64,000 bases of DNA from Trueperaceae bacterium (GCA_965214405.1 OZ243956.1:3008001-3072000), one strand, 5' to 3'. Shown: positions 40,354-50,675, counted from the stretch's first letter. Numbers and translations are program-made. The notes: generated by a model from the sequence alone, not told the origin.

Positions 40354-40552
40354 ATCTCCCCAGACCTCCGTCCTAGAGATAGGTGACGGGGGAGAAAAGA
40401 GGCCCCACCCGTGTGACGAGCACGAGAAGCAGACGTGAATCTCGACCGGCGTTTAGAGCGCGGCGGATACTCGCAAGGGCAAACGCGGCGCTCTAGAAGG
40501 CCAGACCCCACGACCTTTAGCACGGACAAACCCCTGTCCAGAGGAGACATTT

Positions 40553-42295
40553 ATGAAACTCAGATACCCCATCATTCTGCTCGCTTTCGCGCTCATCCTT
40601 AGCGCCTGTTCCACCGGGCCGAACCCCAACCAAGCGCCGCCCGCCGCGGTGCCTGGCGGAGGGGAGCAGAGCCCGATCACGCTCGACAGCGAGTTTTTAG
40701 AGGTGGCCGAGCGCGAACCCGGTTTTGCCGGGATGTACTACAACGACGACGGAGAGCTCGTCGTGGCGGTCGCCGCCCCGGAAGGCTTGAGTGCGCAGGC
40801 GCTCGAGCTTCAGCGCGAAGGCGTGGGCGCGGCCATCGAAGCCGTGTTCGGCGAAGACGTGTTTTACGAACAGGCCGACGAAGCCCAGCTCGGCGCGCTC
40901 GCTGACGGCACGCTTTCGCTTCAGAGTATGGCGGCGCCGGAGCGAGACCTTAAACTCGTTCAAGTTCCCTACAGCTTTAAGCAGCTCAGCGATTGGCGCG
41001 CCCAGGTCGACGACCTCGTGTGGTCGGTTGCGGGCGTGAGCTCTCTCGACACGGACGAGGTCGCCAACAAGGTGACCGTCGGCGTTACGGACGAGGCGGC
41101 GGCCAAGCGGGTCCAGGCGGAACTCGCCGCCCTGGGTCTTCCTGCTGGCGCGCTTACCGTCGACGTGGTGCCCAGCTTTAGCGAGGAGAGCGACCTCGAC
41201 CGTTACAACCGCCCGCTCGTCGGGGGTCTCGGCATCAGCCGTTGGGGCGGCAGCAGCACCTGGGGCTGCACCTACGGCTTCAACGTCGTGCGTTACGGCG
41301 TCTCCGGCTTTCTCACCAACGCGCACTGCACGAGCGTGCAGGGGAGCGTGAGCGGCGACCGCTTCTATCAGGGCAGCGCCTCGAGCATCGGGCGGGAAAC
41401 GGCGGAGGCGGCCTTGTGGACCGCAGGCTCCAACCGCGAGCGCTGGGCCGACGTCGCGTTTGTCCGGCACGAGAACGCGCCGAGCACCGACTTGGGCGGC
41501 GTCGCTTACACCTACCTCAACCAGCGCAACCAGGTCGCCACCACCGACATCAGCTATAAATCGTACAACCCCGTGGCGGGCGAGTTCGTTTACAAGGTCG
41601 GCGTGACGACGGGGAAGACGTACGGTCGCGTCACCGGGACCTGCGTTGACGTGTTCGCAAGCGGCACCAACATCAAAAACAGGTGCCAGACCATGCTCAC
41701 ATCCGCCAACAGCAGCGACATTTCCAAGGGCGGCGACAGCGGCTCACCCTACTACCACTACAGCTACGTGAGCGGCGCGGGCTGGAAGGTCGAACTCAAA
41801 GGCATTCACTGGGGCGGCAGCGGGAACGGCTCGAGCAGCACCGCCGTATTCAGCCCCATGCGCAACATCGAACTGGCCTTGGGCGGCTTGCGCGTGCATC
41901 CTTACCAGAAAACGGGCGAAAAACTCAAGGTCACGCTGCGCTACGTCAGGGTCCACAACGACTGCGAACCCTGGTACAAGGGCGACGGCGACATGTACGG
42001 GTACTTCGATATCGAAGGAAGTCGCGTGTTTACCTTGAGTCAAACCGACGTGGCGAGCGGCGAGAGCATCAGCATCAACCGCGACCGGACGGTGGACGCT
42101 CGCTACGACAACCCCATCGCCATCCGCGGGGTTCTCAAAGACGCCGACGACACCGACGCCGACGACTGGATCGGCGACTGGAACCTCAACCTCGCCCCCG
42201 TCCCCTCGGTAGGCTACTTTAGCTCCTACAGTCGCCCCGACTGCGACGCGACGCTTTACTACCGCATCGAGGACGTGGGTAATCTGAACGAATAA
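40553..42295 (+). CDS. S1 (chymotrypsin-like, alpha-lytic type) protease lipoprotein with C-terminal beta domain
   Basis: Lipobox LSAC; LTNAHC, DVAF, GGDSGSP; pro-region. Confidence 0.88.
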   Translation: MKLRYPIILLAFALILSACSTGPNPNQAPPAAVPGGGEQSPITLDSEFLEVAEREPGFAGMYYNDDGELVVAVAAPEGLSAQALELQREGVGAAIEAVFGEDVFYEQADEAQLGALADGTLSLQSMAAPERDLKLVQVPYSFKQLSDWRAQVDDLVWSVAGVSSLDTDEVANKVTVGVTDEAAAKRVQAELAALGLPAGALTVDVVPSFSEESDLDRYNRPLVGGLGISRWGGSSTWGCTYGFNVVRYGVSGFLTNAHCTSVQGSVSGDRFYQGSASSIGRETAEAALWTAGSNRERWADVAFVRHENAPSTDLGGVAYTYLNQRNQVATTDISYKSYNPVAGEFVYKVGVTTGKTYGRVTGTCVDVFASGTNIKNRCQTMLTSANSSDISKGGDSGSPYYHYSYVSGAGWKVELKGIHWGGSGNGSSSTAVFSPMRNIELALGGLRVHPYQKTGEKLKVTLRYVRVHNDCEPWYKGDGDMYGYFDIEGSRVFTLSQTDVASGESISINRDRTVDARYDNPIAIRGVLKDADDTDADDWIGDWNLNLAPVPSVGYFSSYSRPDCDATLYYRIEDVGNLNE

Positions 42296-42319
42296 CCGCT
42301 AGCTCGAAGCTTGCAGACG

Positions 42320-42353
42320 CTTGCCCCCAAAGGTTGCTTTGGGGGCAAGTTTT
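42320..42353 (+). terminator. Rho-independent terminator
   Basis: CTTGCCCCCAAAG-gttg-CTTTGGGGGCAAG-TTTT. Confidence 0.9.
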
Positions 42354-42453
42354 GTATATTTTTTGATGTTTCTTGAATAGCTCGAGCAAAGCTGAAACGT
42401 CCTTACGCTGTAGAGCAGACTTCAGAACGCTCTAAATCAAACTTTGCACCACC

Positions 42454-43353
42454 TCAAGTCAACTGCGGCCACTCCCGCCCCACCGCCTCGAAACGGCGGT
42501 GCAGTTCAGTGACGGCTTCCTCTGAAATCGGCAAGCGCGTTTTTATTAGCTCGAGGTTCGCCCGCATGTACTTGGGCGTTTTCGTGCCGACGATAACGAC
42601 GTCAACCGTGTCATGTGAGAAGGTGAAGCCGAGCGCCAGCAAGATGCGGTTTTCAGGTACCTGTGGCAGCTCGCCCTGCGCCGTCATCTCCTGGGCGCGT
42701 TCGAAGTAGGGGTCGGCGTAAGCACTCGGGCTCGCCTCCGCGCCCCACGCGCCGTTGGCGATGGGCCGTTTGGTGATGATGCCCACGCCTTGCGCCTTGG
42801 CTTTGTCAAAAAGGCCAAAGCGCGCCTTTTGGTCGACCAGATTAAAGCTGGTTTGTAGGGTGTCGAAAAGCCCGCTCTCGACCGCCCACTCGGCGGCGTC
42901 ATTGTCCCCGCTGTAGCCGATGTAGCGCGTTTTCCCCTCCTGCTGCGCCTGCTGCAACGCTTGAATAACCTCGCCGCGTTCCAAAATCTCGACGCTGCAC
43001 GAGTGAAGCTGGACTAAGTCGAGATGGTCCGTTTTGAGCCGCTTCAGGCTGCGCTCGATGCTGTCGGTAATCGTTTTGGCCGTCCACGCCTCGCCCTCAT
43101 AGCCGCCGGTCACGTGGCCCGCTTTGGTCGCCAGGTAGTAGTCGCCGCGCCTCTCTGAGACGGTGCGCCCGATAAGCTCTTCGCTGACGTTGTAGCAGGC
43201 CGCCGTGTCAAGAAAGTTGACGCCCCCGTCGAGCGCGATGTTGAGGACCTCGGCGGCCTCTTTGTCGGTCAGTTCGGCGGAGCCGATCTCGGAAAGCCCG
43301 AAGCCCAAGCGTGAGACCTGCATGTCGGTATTGCCTAGCTGTCTTTTTTCCAT
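42454..43353 (-). CDS. Aldo/keto reductase
   Basis: LDTAACY, LATK, SLKRLKTDHLDLVQLH. Confidence 0.93.
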   Translation of the reverse strand: MEKRQLGNTDMQVSRLGFGLSEIGSAELTDKEAAEVLNIALDGGVNFLDTAACYNVSEELIGRTVSERRGDYYLATKAGHVTGGYEGEAWTAKTITDSIERSLKRLKTDHLDLVQLHSCSVEILERGEVIQALQQAQQEGKTRYIGYSGDNDAAEWAVESGLFDTLQTSFNLVDQKARFGLFDKAKAQGVGIITKRPIANGAWGAEASPSAYADPYFERAQEMTAQGELPQVPENRILLALGFTFSHDTVDVVIVGTKTPKYMRANLELIKTRLPISEEAVTELHRRFEAVGREWPQLT

Positions 43354-43380
43354 GAGGCAGGATAACGCAAATCGCGCAAA

Positions 43381-43413
43381 AATAAAAAGGTGCGGTCAGA
43401 ACAACCGCACCTT
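43381..43413 (-). terminator. Rho-independent terminator of the S8 protease gene
   Basis: AAGGTGCGGT-N7-ACCGCACCTT with A-run on the left. Confidence 0.85.
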
Positions 43414-43480
43414 GATGCCTAACTCTTGATGCCTAACTCTTGATGCCTAACTCTTGATGCCTAACTCTTGATGCCTAACT
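43411..43480. repeat. Perfect 14-bp tandem repeat x5
   Basis: CTTGATGCCTAACT at 43411, 43425, 43439, 43453, 43467. Confidence 0.97.
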
Positions 43481-43486
43481 CGAGCG

Positions 43487-45748
43487 TTAACGCCCCAGAT
43501 TAGAGGGTGGCGCGGAAGACGGGGTGGGGGACTCGAGCCGCCTCAAGAGTTCGGTGAGCGCGGCGTTCATGTCGGGCGCGGGGCTCGGCGCGGCCTCGGC
43601 TTGACCGGCGGCCACAAGGGGTCGCATCACGATGAATATATTGGTGAGTGACTCCCCAGGGGCCAGCACGAGGTTTGGGTTCCCGTTGGGACCCACGTAA
43701 ACCCCAAACGGCTCGCGGTCTTCCACCTCGTCGTTGCCGTTGAGGTCTTGCCAAGCGGCGGCCTGGTAGGTGCCCGGCTCGAGGTCAGGGATTATGTAGG
43801 GAACTTCGTTCGAGGTGATTTCAACCTCGATTAGCTTCGAACGGTCAAAGTCAAAGTCGCGGCACCCCAGCGTACAGTAGAACGCCACAACATAGGTAGT
43901 CAGTTCCCCCGTGGGTGGGGGCGGCGGAGGCGCTGGCGGCTTGGGTCCGCCGCCTCCTTGCCCGCCCAACGCCGCCGCTGCGTCTACCAAGCCAGCGCCG
44001 CATTCTCCCCCCGAAGGACGTTCACATTCATCTGCCGAGAGCGGCGTGGAGGCGTTCTGAAGGCGCGTCAACACCTCGTTAAAGCTCAAACCGGGCTCTC
44101 TGGCGAGCATTAGCGCCACGATTCCCGCGATGTGCGGGCTCGCCATCGAAGTGCCCTGCTTAAATTCGTAAGAGCCTCTCAGGCCGTCCGCGGTCTCTAC
44201 CCCGACGGTGCTCAGTACGCCCGCAGGGAATTCGGTACCGTCCACGTCAAAGCTGAAGTTGACGTCGCCGCCCGCCGCCATGACGTCGACAGCGCCGCCA
44301 TAGTTCGAGTAGGGCGCGCGGGTGTTCAGCGGCCCGGTCGCGCCCACCGTAATAACGCCCTCACAGCTCGCTGGAAACTTCAAAGCCGTGTCTTCGTTTT
44401 CGTTACCCGCGGCCACGACCGTGATGACGCCGTCCGCCGCCAGTGAACCGAAAAACTGGTTTATCTCGGCCGGGCAGGGTTCGCCGATGTCCCCACCCAA
44501 GCTCATGTTGATGACGGACGCTGGGTTCGGGTTGGCGGGCACGCCGGACACATTTTGACCGCCAGCCCAGGCCGTTCCGTCGAGAATATCGGCAAAGGTG
44601 CCGCCACCGGTCACGCCCAAGACCCGCACGGGCACCACCCGAGCGCCCCAGGAAACGCCAGCCACGCCGACGCCGTTGTTCGTTTGCGCGGCGACCGTGC
44701 CCGCCACATGCGTACCGTGGTAACCCGAGTCGCCGCCTTCGTCAAAGGCGTCGGCGTCGCGCCCGTCGCCATCGGCGGCCACCGCCGGGTCGCTGATGAA
44801 GTCGTAGCCGCCGATCAAGTTCTCGATGAGGTCCGGGTGACCGATCGCGCCCGTGTCCACCACCGCCACGGTGACGTTTGAACCCGCGCCGTCCTCGATG
44901 TCCCACGCCGCGGCCAGGTTCATCGCGTCGTAATGCCACTGAATCGGGTAGCCCTCGTCATCTGGGGTCTTGAGGGCGTGCAAAATCCAGTTGGGAAAAG
45001 CAGAAACCACGTCGGGGCGCGCGCGCAGCTCGTCAACCAAGGCCAGCGTGGTCGCCTGAGTCAAGCCGCCCGCGCGGTAGAGCCGCAAGTCGGCAGGTCC
45101 CAAGTCGAGCGTGCGCACCGCGGTGAGTTCGACGCCGCCGACGCTCAAGCTGCCGAGCTCTTGCGCGCTGACGCCCTCCTTGAAATTCACCAGCACCTCG
45201 CCGGGGACAACCTCCACGGGCCGGTTGGTGTTTAAGTCGTTGCTTTTTTGAGGGCTGATGACGAAATCGTCGGGAAGGCTGAGCGGCTTCAGGCCCGAGC
45301 CCTGCCCGGCAATCTCGCTGAAGGGATTAACGGAGCCGGGGTAGATGAGCGCCCCCGAGATCGAGGAGCTGCCCCGCGCCATCACGATGTCGACGTTCCG
45401 GGCCGGTACGACGACGAGCGCTTCCGTCTCGCCGATGTGGTCGCCCTCGTCAATCTCGCCGTTGCCGTTGGCGTCCTTGACGGCAAAGATCGCGTAGCTT
45501 TGGCCGACTTCGAGGCCGCTAAACTCGTACGGAGCGCTCTGACCGCTCGCGGTAAGCCGCTTGCTTTGTGCGTTGTCGCAACTCCCTAAATAACAAGCAA
45601 ACACAACAGTATCCGTAATCGTCACGCCGTCAGGCGCGGTGACGGTGCCCGAGATACTGCCGCCTCCGCCACCCTCCGGCCCGCCGCCGCACGCCGTGAG
45701 GGCAAGCAGGCAGGCAAAACCAAGCAGCCGTGAAACCACACGCTTCAT
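43487..45748 (-). CDS. S8 serine peptidase lipoprotein with N- and C-terminal beta-sandwich domains
   Basis: Lipobox LTAC; VAVVDTG, HGTHVAG, AAGN, GTSMASP. Confidence 0.95.
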   Translation of the reverse strand: MKRVVSRLLGFACLLALTACGGGPEGGGGGSISGTVTAPDGVTITDTVVFACYLGSCDNAQSKRLTASGQSAPYEFSGLEVGQSYAIFAVKDANGNGEIDEGDHIGETEALVVVPARNVDIVMARGSSSISGALIYPGSVNPFSEIAGQGSGLKPLSLPDDFVISPQKSNDLNTNRPVEVVPGEVLVNFKEGVSAQELGSLSVGGVELTAVRTLDLGPADLRLYRAGGLTQATTLALVDELRARPDVVSAFPNWILHALKTPDDEGYPIQWHYDAMNLAAAWDIEDGAGSNVTVAVVDTGAIGHPDLIENLIGGYDFISDPAVAADGDGRDADAFDEGGDSGYHGTHVAGTVAAQTNNGVGVAGVSWGARVVPVRVLGVTGGGTFADILDGTAWAGGQNVSGVPANPNPASVINMSLGGDIGEPCPAEINQFFGSLAADGVITVVAAGNENEDTALKFPASCEGVITVGATGPLNTRAPYSNYGGAVDVMAAGGDVNFSFDVDGTEFPAGVLSTVGVETADGLRGSYEFKQGTSMASPHIAGIVALMLAREPGLSFNEVLTRLQNASTPLSADECERPSGGECGAGLVDAAAALGGQGGGGPKPPAPPPPPPTGELTTYVVAFYCTLGCRDFDFDRSKLIEVEITSNEVPYIIPDLEPGTYQAAAWQDLNGNDEVEDREPFGVYVGPNGNPNLVLAPGESLTNIFIVMRPLVAAGQAEAAPSPAPDMNAALTELLRRLESPTPSSAPPSNLGR

Positions 45749-45916
45749 GAAAAATTCCTTTCCGCTAACAACTTTGCTCGAGTCCCACCAAAGCGAAACG
45801 ACGCCTTGACCCTCTCGCTTGCGCCCGCTCCGGTAGCTGCTCGAGTGTAACATTCTTCACACCCGTTTTAGAAGCGTCTCCGAGAGCACAATCTCGGGGG
45901 CGGCGTCTCGCTCCAA

Positions 45917-47506
45917 TCACCCACAGTCCTTGCTCACGTCGCCGTACGCGTTGTTGCTAAAGGTGTTGCCGGGGCCAAGCTCGAGCGCCGACTCCTCGTC
46001 CGCGCAGATGCCCCAGGTACCGCTGCCGCGAATCACGCTGTTGCTGACTTTGGCGTAACTCTGTTCAAACGCGCTGATGAGGGTGATGTTGCCTGCGCCG
46101 TAGGAACCGCTGCCGCCGTTACGCACTTCAACATGATCCAAAACGTTGTCGCGCGAAGGGCTCTCAAAGTATGAGATTCCTTCCCAATAGCCCTGCGCGT
46201 CTTGCTCGCCGGTAAAAAGAATCGGGGCTTGGGGTGTACCGACTGCTTTGAGCGCGCCCGTATCCTGTACATTCACACTGGCGTCACTACCGAAAACGAC
46301 TGTGACGCCGGGCTCGAGCGTGACCGTGCCGTTGTTGATGTAGAGGGCGATACTCACGTAGTAGGGCGCGTTGAGCTTTCTCCAGGTGCCGCTCTCGCTC
46401 ACGCCGTCGCTGACGACCCCGTCCACGTCAATGTACGGCCTGCCGTTGGGCGCGCCCACGCCCAAATAATCGCTGCCCGCGTCGAGCAGCTTCACCTGGT
46501 CGGCAACCACCAGCACCGGATAGCGGGCGTTATCGGTAAAGGTGTTGTTCTCGAATCCCAGTAAGGGTAAATTTTCCAGGGTCGCGCCGTCATAAACGCT
46601 GCCACTGACGGTCACGTTTTTCATGATGAGGCCGCCGCCCGCGAGACCGTCAATCGCGCCGTTTTGGAGACCGCCGAACGCGCCCGAATCTTCTTTACCT
46701 AGGTTAAGAAACTGGACGTGCTCTAAGCGCGTGACCAGACTGCCCGCGCCTATGTTGAGCCCCTTGCCGTAGCCCTTGACCGGAGCCGCCGCCTCAAAGC
46801 GAATGGGCGCATCCTGGGTGCCGACTGCGTCCAAGCTGGCGTTGTCACCGACGCTCAAAATGGCGTCTTGCGCGAATCTAATGACCGTGCCCGGTTCGAT
46901 AGTGAATTGCCCGTTTTCGATAGAGACGAAACCCGTAATCAGGTAGTCGCACTCGGACGGGGAGTTGACGAAGCGGCTCGAGACGGTTAAATCGCCGCTT
47001 AGCTCAACGGCGCACGCGCCTGTGCCACCACCGCCGCCGCCGCCATCTCCACCGCCCCCGCCGCCCTGCACCTGCATCGTCAGCGTCACGCCCGTGGCGG
47101 GCGGCGTGACCTCCACCGCGCTGCTCGCCAAGTCGCCAGCGTCCAAGGCGTCATTTTGGTTCACGTCTTTGACCGCCACCACGCTGTAGCTGCCAGCGGC
47201 CAGGCCGCCAAGCTGAAAGCCCGCGCTGCCGCCGCTTTGTGTAACTGTGACGCCTCGGCTCCGGCTGTCGTTGCAGTCGCGCGCGAAGCACGCCGCCACC
47301 GTGGTGTTTGCCACGCTCTCGCCCGCGGGCGCAGTGACGGTGCCGCTGATGCTGGAGTCGCCGCCGCTACCGGGTGGGGTGGTGTCCGCGCCCCCGCACC
47401 CGGCGAGCGCCAGGAGAAGGATGATCGCCAAGAAGCCTAGCGGTAAGGGTATGTTCACCATGTTTTTCAGAATGTTTTTCACTACCTTCATAATGCTTCT
47501 CGCCAC
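45917..47506 (-). CDS. Lipoprotein with carboxypeptidase-regulatory-like domain and beta-helix repeats
   Basis: Lipobox LAGC; two TIEPG/TLEPG..L.AVGT..API.F repeats; Gly linker. Confidence 0.75.
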   Translation of the reverse strand: MARSIMKVVKNILKNMVNIPLPLGFLAIILLLALAGCGGADTTPPGSGGDSSISGTVTAPAGESVANTTVAACFARDCNDSRSRGVTVTQSGGSAGFQLGGLAAGSYSVVAVKDVNQNDALDAGDLASSAVEVTPPATGVTLTMQVQGGGGGGDGGGGGGGTGACAVELSGDLTVSSRFVNSPSECDYLITGFVSIENGQFTIEPGTVIRFAQDAILSVGDNASLDAVGTQDAPIRFEAAAPVKGYGKGLNIGAGSLVTRLEHVQFLNLGKEDSGAFGGLQNGAIDGLAGGGLIMKNVTVSGSVYDGATLENLPLLGFENNTFTDNARYPVLVVADQVKLLDAGSDYLGVGAPNGRPYIDVDGVVSDGVSESGTWRKLNAPYYVSIALYINNGTVTLEPGVTVVFGSDASVNVQDTGALKAVGTPQAPILFTGEQDAQGYWEGISYFESPSRDNVLDHVEVRNGGSGSYGAGNITLISAFEQSYAKVSNSVIRGSGTWGICADEESALELGPGNTFSNNAYGDVSKDCG

Positions 47507-47935
47507 GTTTCCTCTCTTCTAAAGCCACGGATGTAGCCCTTCCTCACAACCGTTTTGGAGACGCGCCGGTTTGGTTGGGTTGGCTAAAGCTTAGCATGAG
47601 GATTGGCAACAGAGGAAGTGAGTTGGCTGCTCGCACAAAATTGTCAAGTAAAAAATTCACTTTGCCGCTGTTTCTGAGTGAGATGATGAGGAGAGATGCG
47701 TCTTAAGGGCTCGAGTTCCCAAGACTAAAACGCTTGTTAAAGCCGCGCTACCCTCACTGGGGTTCTGGCTCTTGGCGTAGACTCTACGTTTTGATGGGTA
47801 AGTCTGTCTAAAGTGAGTACATGGAGCTTCTGAAGTCCTCATCACGCCCGGTAGGGGAGATGGGGTGAGGCTCGAGCCTTCACACCGAGACACCGCACCT
47901 TTCCTCGGCGCAAACGTCAGTACCCAATCCTTTGC

Positions 47936-49621
47936 CTAATCCCCCGGCTCATAACGCGCCAACCGGTGAGCGCCGTAGAGCAGGGGCAGGGTGGTGCTCA
48001 GCACCGTAACAAACCCCAGCAGCGCGAGCACCCCCAAACCCTCCGGCGTGCGCCACACCATCCCTTGCGGGTTTTGAAAGGTTTGCCAGGCGGGCCAGGC
48101 CAAAATAAGCGTCATGAGCGCGGCGAAAGCGAGCGACAGCGTCATGTACAGGAGCCCCCCCGCCGCCAGCGGGATTTCGCTCGGGGTGGTCGCGTCGAAA
48201 CGGGGAAACGCCGCGCCCAAACCCACCCCCAGCCCGGTCGTGGCGAGCGCGGCGCAAAGCCCGGCCACCGGACTCGCCCAGGCGAGCGCGGGGCTCACGT
48301 CCAAAAGGCGCGCGGCGGCCCAGCCGACCCCGCCGCCAAGCCCCGCCATCGGCAAGAGCGCCTGCCAAAACTTGCTCATCACCACCGTGCGCGCGCTCAA
48401 GGGTCCCGTCTTGAGGAGCCAAAATCCCTCGCCCTCCAAGCTCACCGCGGGATAGCTCATCCGCACGCCGGTGCCCGCGAGCAAAAAGCCCATAAACAAT
48501 AGGTTGAGCGTGCCCAGCGCGTCGCGGAAGCGTTGGCTGTCCGCGCCCTCGAGCGTAAAACTGCCCACGCTAAACAAGTACACCCCGGCGAGCGCGACCA
48601 GCACCAGAAGCTGCGACCACTGCGTCGGATCGCGCCACAGCAGCTTCGCGTCTTTGGAGACAAGCGCGCCCGGCGGGCCGAAATGGTGGAGGAGGCGCTC
48701 GAGGGGTCCCGCGCGGCGTGGGCGCGGGTCGCGTTTGGGCGCGCTCGTGTCGAGGGCGCGTATCCAGCCCTCCCGGTAAGCCAGCGCCGCCAGCGCGGCG
48801 CTGCCCCAGAGCAGGAAGAGGCTAAAACCCGCCAGCGCGTACGCGCCTAGGGTCACGTTGCCCGCTAGCGCCCCCCACACCGCCTGCGAGGCCCAGCTCG
48901 TCGGCAACCAGGTGAGTTCAAAAGAGGCGAAGCGCGTTAAAAACCCGCTCAGCTCCTCTAAAGACATCGTCGCAAGCCGCTCCGGGCGCAGCACCCGCAA
49001 GCCGAACACGAAAAGCGCCGCTAAGACCACGCTCGCCCCCGTGGCGATTTCCTTGACGCGGCCCGCCGGGGCGACGCGCATAAGCAGGAGCGCCAGCACG
49101 CAGCCGAGCGCCACCGGCAGCGCGTAGAGCGCCAGCACCGCGGCGAGCGCCAGCCCGTAGAAAGCGGGAGGTGCCCCGCGCTCCGCGCCGAGCGCCAAGA
49201 GCACGGGCAGCGTGAAGAGCGCGGGTAGCAGCGCCGCCCCCACATACGTCTCGGCCACCTTGAGCGTAAACACCGACGCGGACGAGGCGGGGAGAGAGAG
49301 CAAAAAGGGCAGGTCTTGCGAACTGTAGAGCGTGTGGACCGCCGTCGTGAGCACGCTAAAGGTCACGCCCAGCATGAGCACCAAAAAGAGCGTTTCTAGG
49401 CTGCGCTGCAGCACGGCGTCGGCGATGTCCTCGTTGCCGAAGCGCAAAAAGCCGTCAACAAAACGCACGCCCCGACGCGTCGCGGTGAACACGCCCCAGT
49501 AGACGAGCACCAGCAAGCCGAGGCCGAACGAAGCTCCCGCGGGTCTGCGCCGCACGCTATTAAAAGCGCCGCGCAAACGCATGGCGAAGAGTAACAGGGG
49601 GCGGTGGCGCGTGGTGGACAC
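47936..49621 (-). CDS. Putative ABC-2 type exporter permease
   Basis: DLPFLLSLP, KD..RDPTQWSQ, SLEGEGFWLLKTGP; coupled to the ATPase gene. Confidence 0.85.
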   Translation of the reverse strand: MSTTRHRPLLLFAMRLRGAFNSVRRRPAGASFGLGLLVLVYWGVFTATRRGVRFVDGFLRFGNEDIADAVLQRSLETLFLVLMLGVTFSVLTTAVHTLYSSQDLPFLLSLPASSASVFTLKVAETYVGAALLPALFTLPVLLALGAERGAPPAFYGLALAAVLALYALPVALGCVLALLLMRVAPAGRVKEIATGASVVLAALFVFGLRVLRPERLATMSLEELSGFLTRFASFELTWLPTSWASQAVWGALAGNVTLGAYALAGFSLFLLWGSAALAALAYREGWIRALDTSAPKRDPRPRRAGPLERLLHHFGPPGALVSKDAKLLWRDPTQWSQLLVLVALAGVYLFSVGSFTLEGADSQRFRDALGTLNLLFMGFLLAGTGVRMSYPAVSLEGEGFWLLKTGPLSARTVVMSKFWQALLPMAGLGGGVGWAAARLLDVSPALAWASPVAGLCAALATTGLGVGLGAAFPRFDATTPSEIPLAAGGLLYMTLSLAFAALMTLILAWPAWQTFQNPQGMVWRTPEGLGVLALLGFVTVLSTTLPLLYGAHRLARYEPGD

Positions 49622-50367
49622 TAAACCAACACAGCGTCGGCGCGCGCCCGTTCCGATTCGGTGAGCTGTAAAAAGATGGCTTCTAAATCGGCATCTGCAT
49701 TCCCGACGTGCGCTCTTAGCTCTTCCAGCGTGCCCTCGGCGGCGACGCCTCCTTGGTGAACGAGCAGCACGCGGTCGGCGACCTCGGCGGCGACCTCCAT
49801 CGAATGCGTGGTGAGCAGCACGGTGTGACCCTTCGCGGCGTAGGCCTTCATGAGGTCGCGGACCTGCCGGGCGGCCCTGGGGTCAAGGCCCACCATCGGC
49901 TCGTCAATTACCAAGACCGGCGGCTCGTGAATCAGGGCGGCGATAAAGGTGAGTTTTTGGCGCATCCCGTGCGAATAGGTTTCGACGAGCTCGTTGCCAA
50001 CCTCTTGCAAACCGAAATGCTCGAGCCACCCCTGCGCCTCCCTCTCCCCGTTCTCTACGCCGCGCAGCTTGCACAAAAAGCGCAGAAGCTCGCGCCCGCT
50101 GAGTTTTTGGTAGAGGTAGGGGCGGTCGGGCACGTAGCCGAGCCGCGCTTTGGCTTCGACCCCCTCCTTCACCACGTCGAACCCCGCCAAGCGCACCGTG
50201 CCCGCGCTCGGGCGGATGAGGCCGGTGACCGCCTTGAGCGTCGTCGATTTGCCCGCGCCGTTCGGCCCGAGCAGCCCGAGCACCTCGCCGGGTCGCGCGG
50301 TAAACGTAATACCTTTCACGGCCAAGGCGCGACCATAGCGCTTAACGAGTCCCGTGACTTCAATCAT
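49621..50367 (-). CDS. ABC transporter ATP-binding protein
   Basis: GPNGAGKST, YSHGMRQK, IDEP, TTH. Confidence 0.96.
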   Translation of the reverse strand: MIEVTGLVKRYGRALAVKGITFTARPGEVLGLLGPNGAGKSTTLKAVTGLIRPSAGTVRLAGFDVVKEGVEAKARLGYVPDRPYLYQKLSGRELLRFLCKLRGVENGEREAQGWLEHFGLQEVGNELVETYSHGMRQKLTFIAALIHEPPVLVIDEPMVGLDPRAARQVRDLMKAYAAKGHTVLLTTHSMEVAAEVADRVLLVHQGGVAAEGTLEELRAHVGNADADLEAIFLQLTESERARADAVLV

Positions 50368-50675
50368 AAATAAAAAACTTCAGTCACGTTCGCACTTTAG
50401 GGTGAAGGGGACGCGGCTCGAGGGAACAGGGGCGACTACAAACCTCAGCTCTCATGTGAAAGGGTGGCAGGCTCATTGAGAAGGTATCGTAAGCGACCCT
50501 GAGTGCGCTGTCTGTTGCTAAATCCACGTGCGGGGCGTGAGGCGTTCCTACACAAGCGCGCGTTCGGCTTATGGATTCAGGCACCCTCGAGCCGACCCTA
50601 CCAGATTCTTTATAAAAGCGTTTTGTCGTCCCACAAATGGTTCAGCCGCTACAGTTGAGAACTTTGTGAGAATAG

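Noticed and set aside
40410..40470. Third SARP box upstream of the S1 protease
   Set aside because: GAC-containing heptamers are degenerate and spaced 12 rather than 11 bp
43411..43480. Possible CRISPR array
   Set aside because: Units are contiguous 14-mers with no spacers, and there are no cas genes
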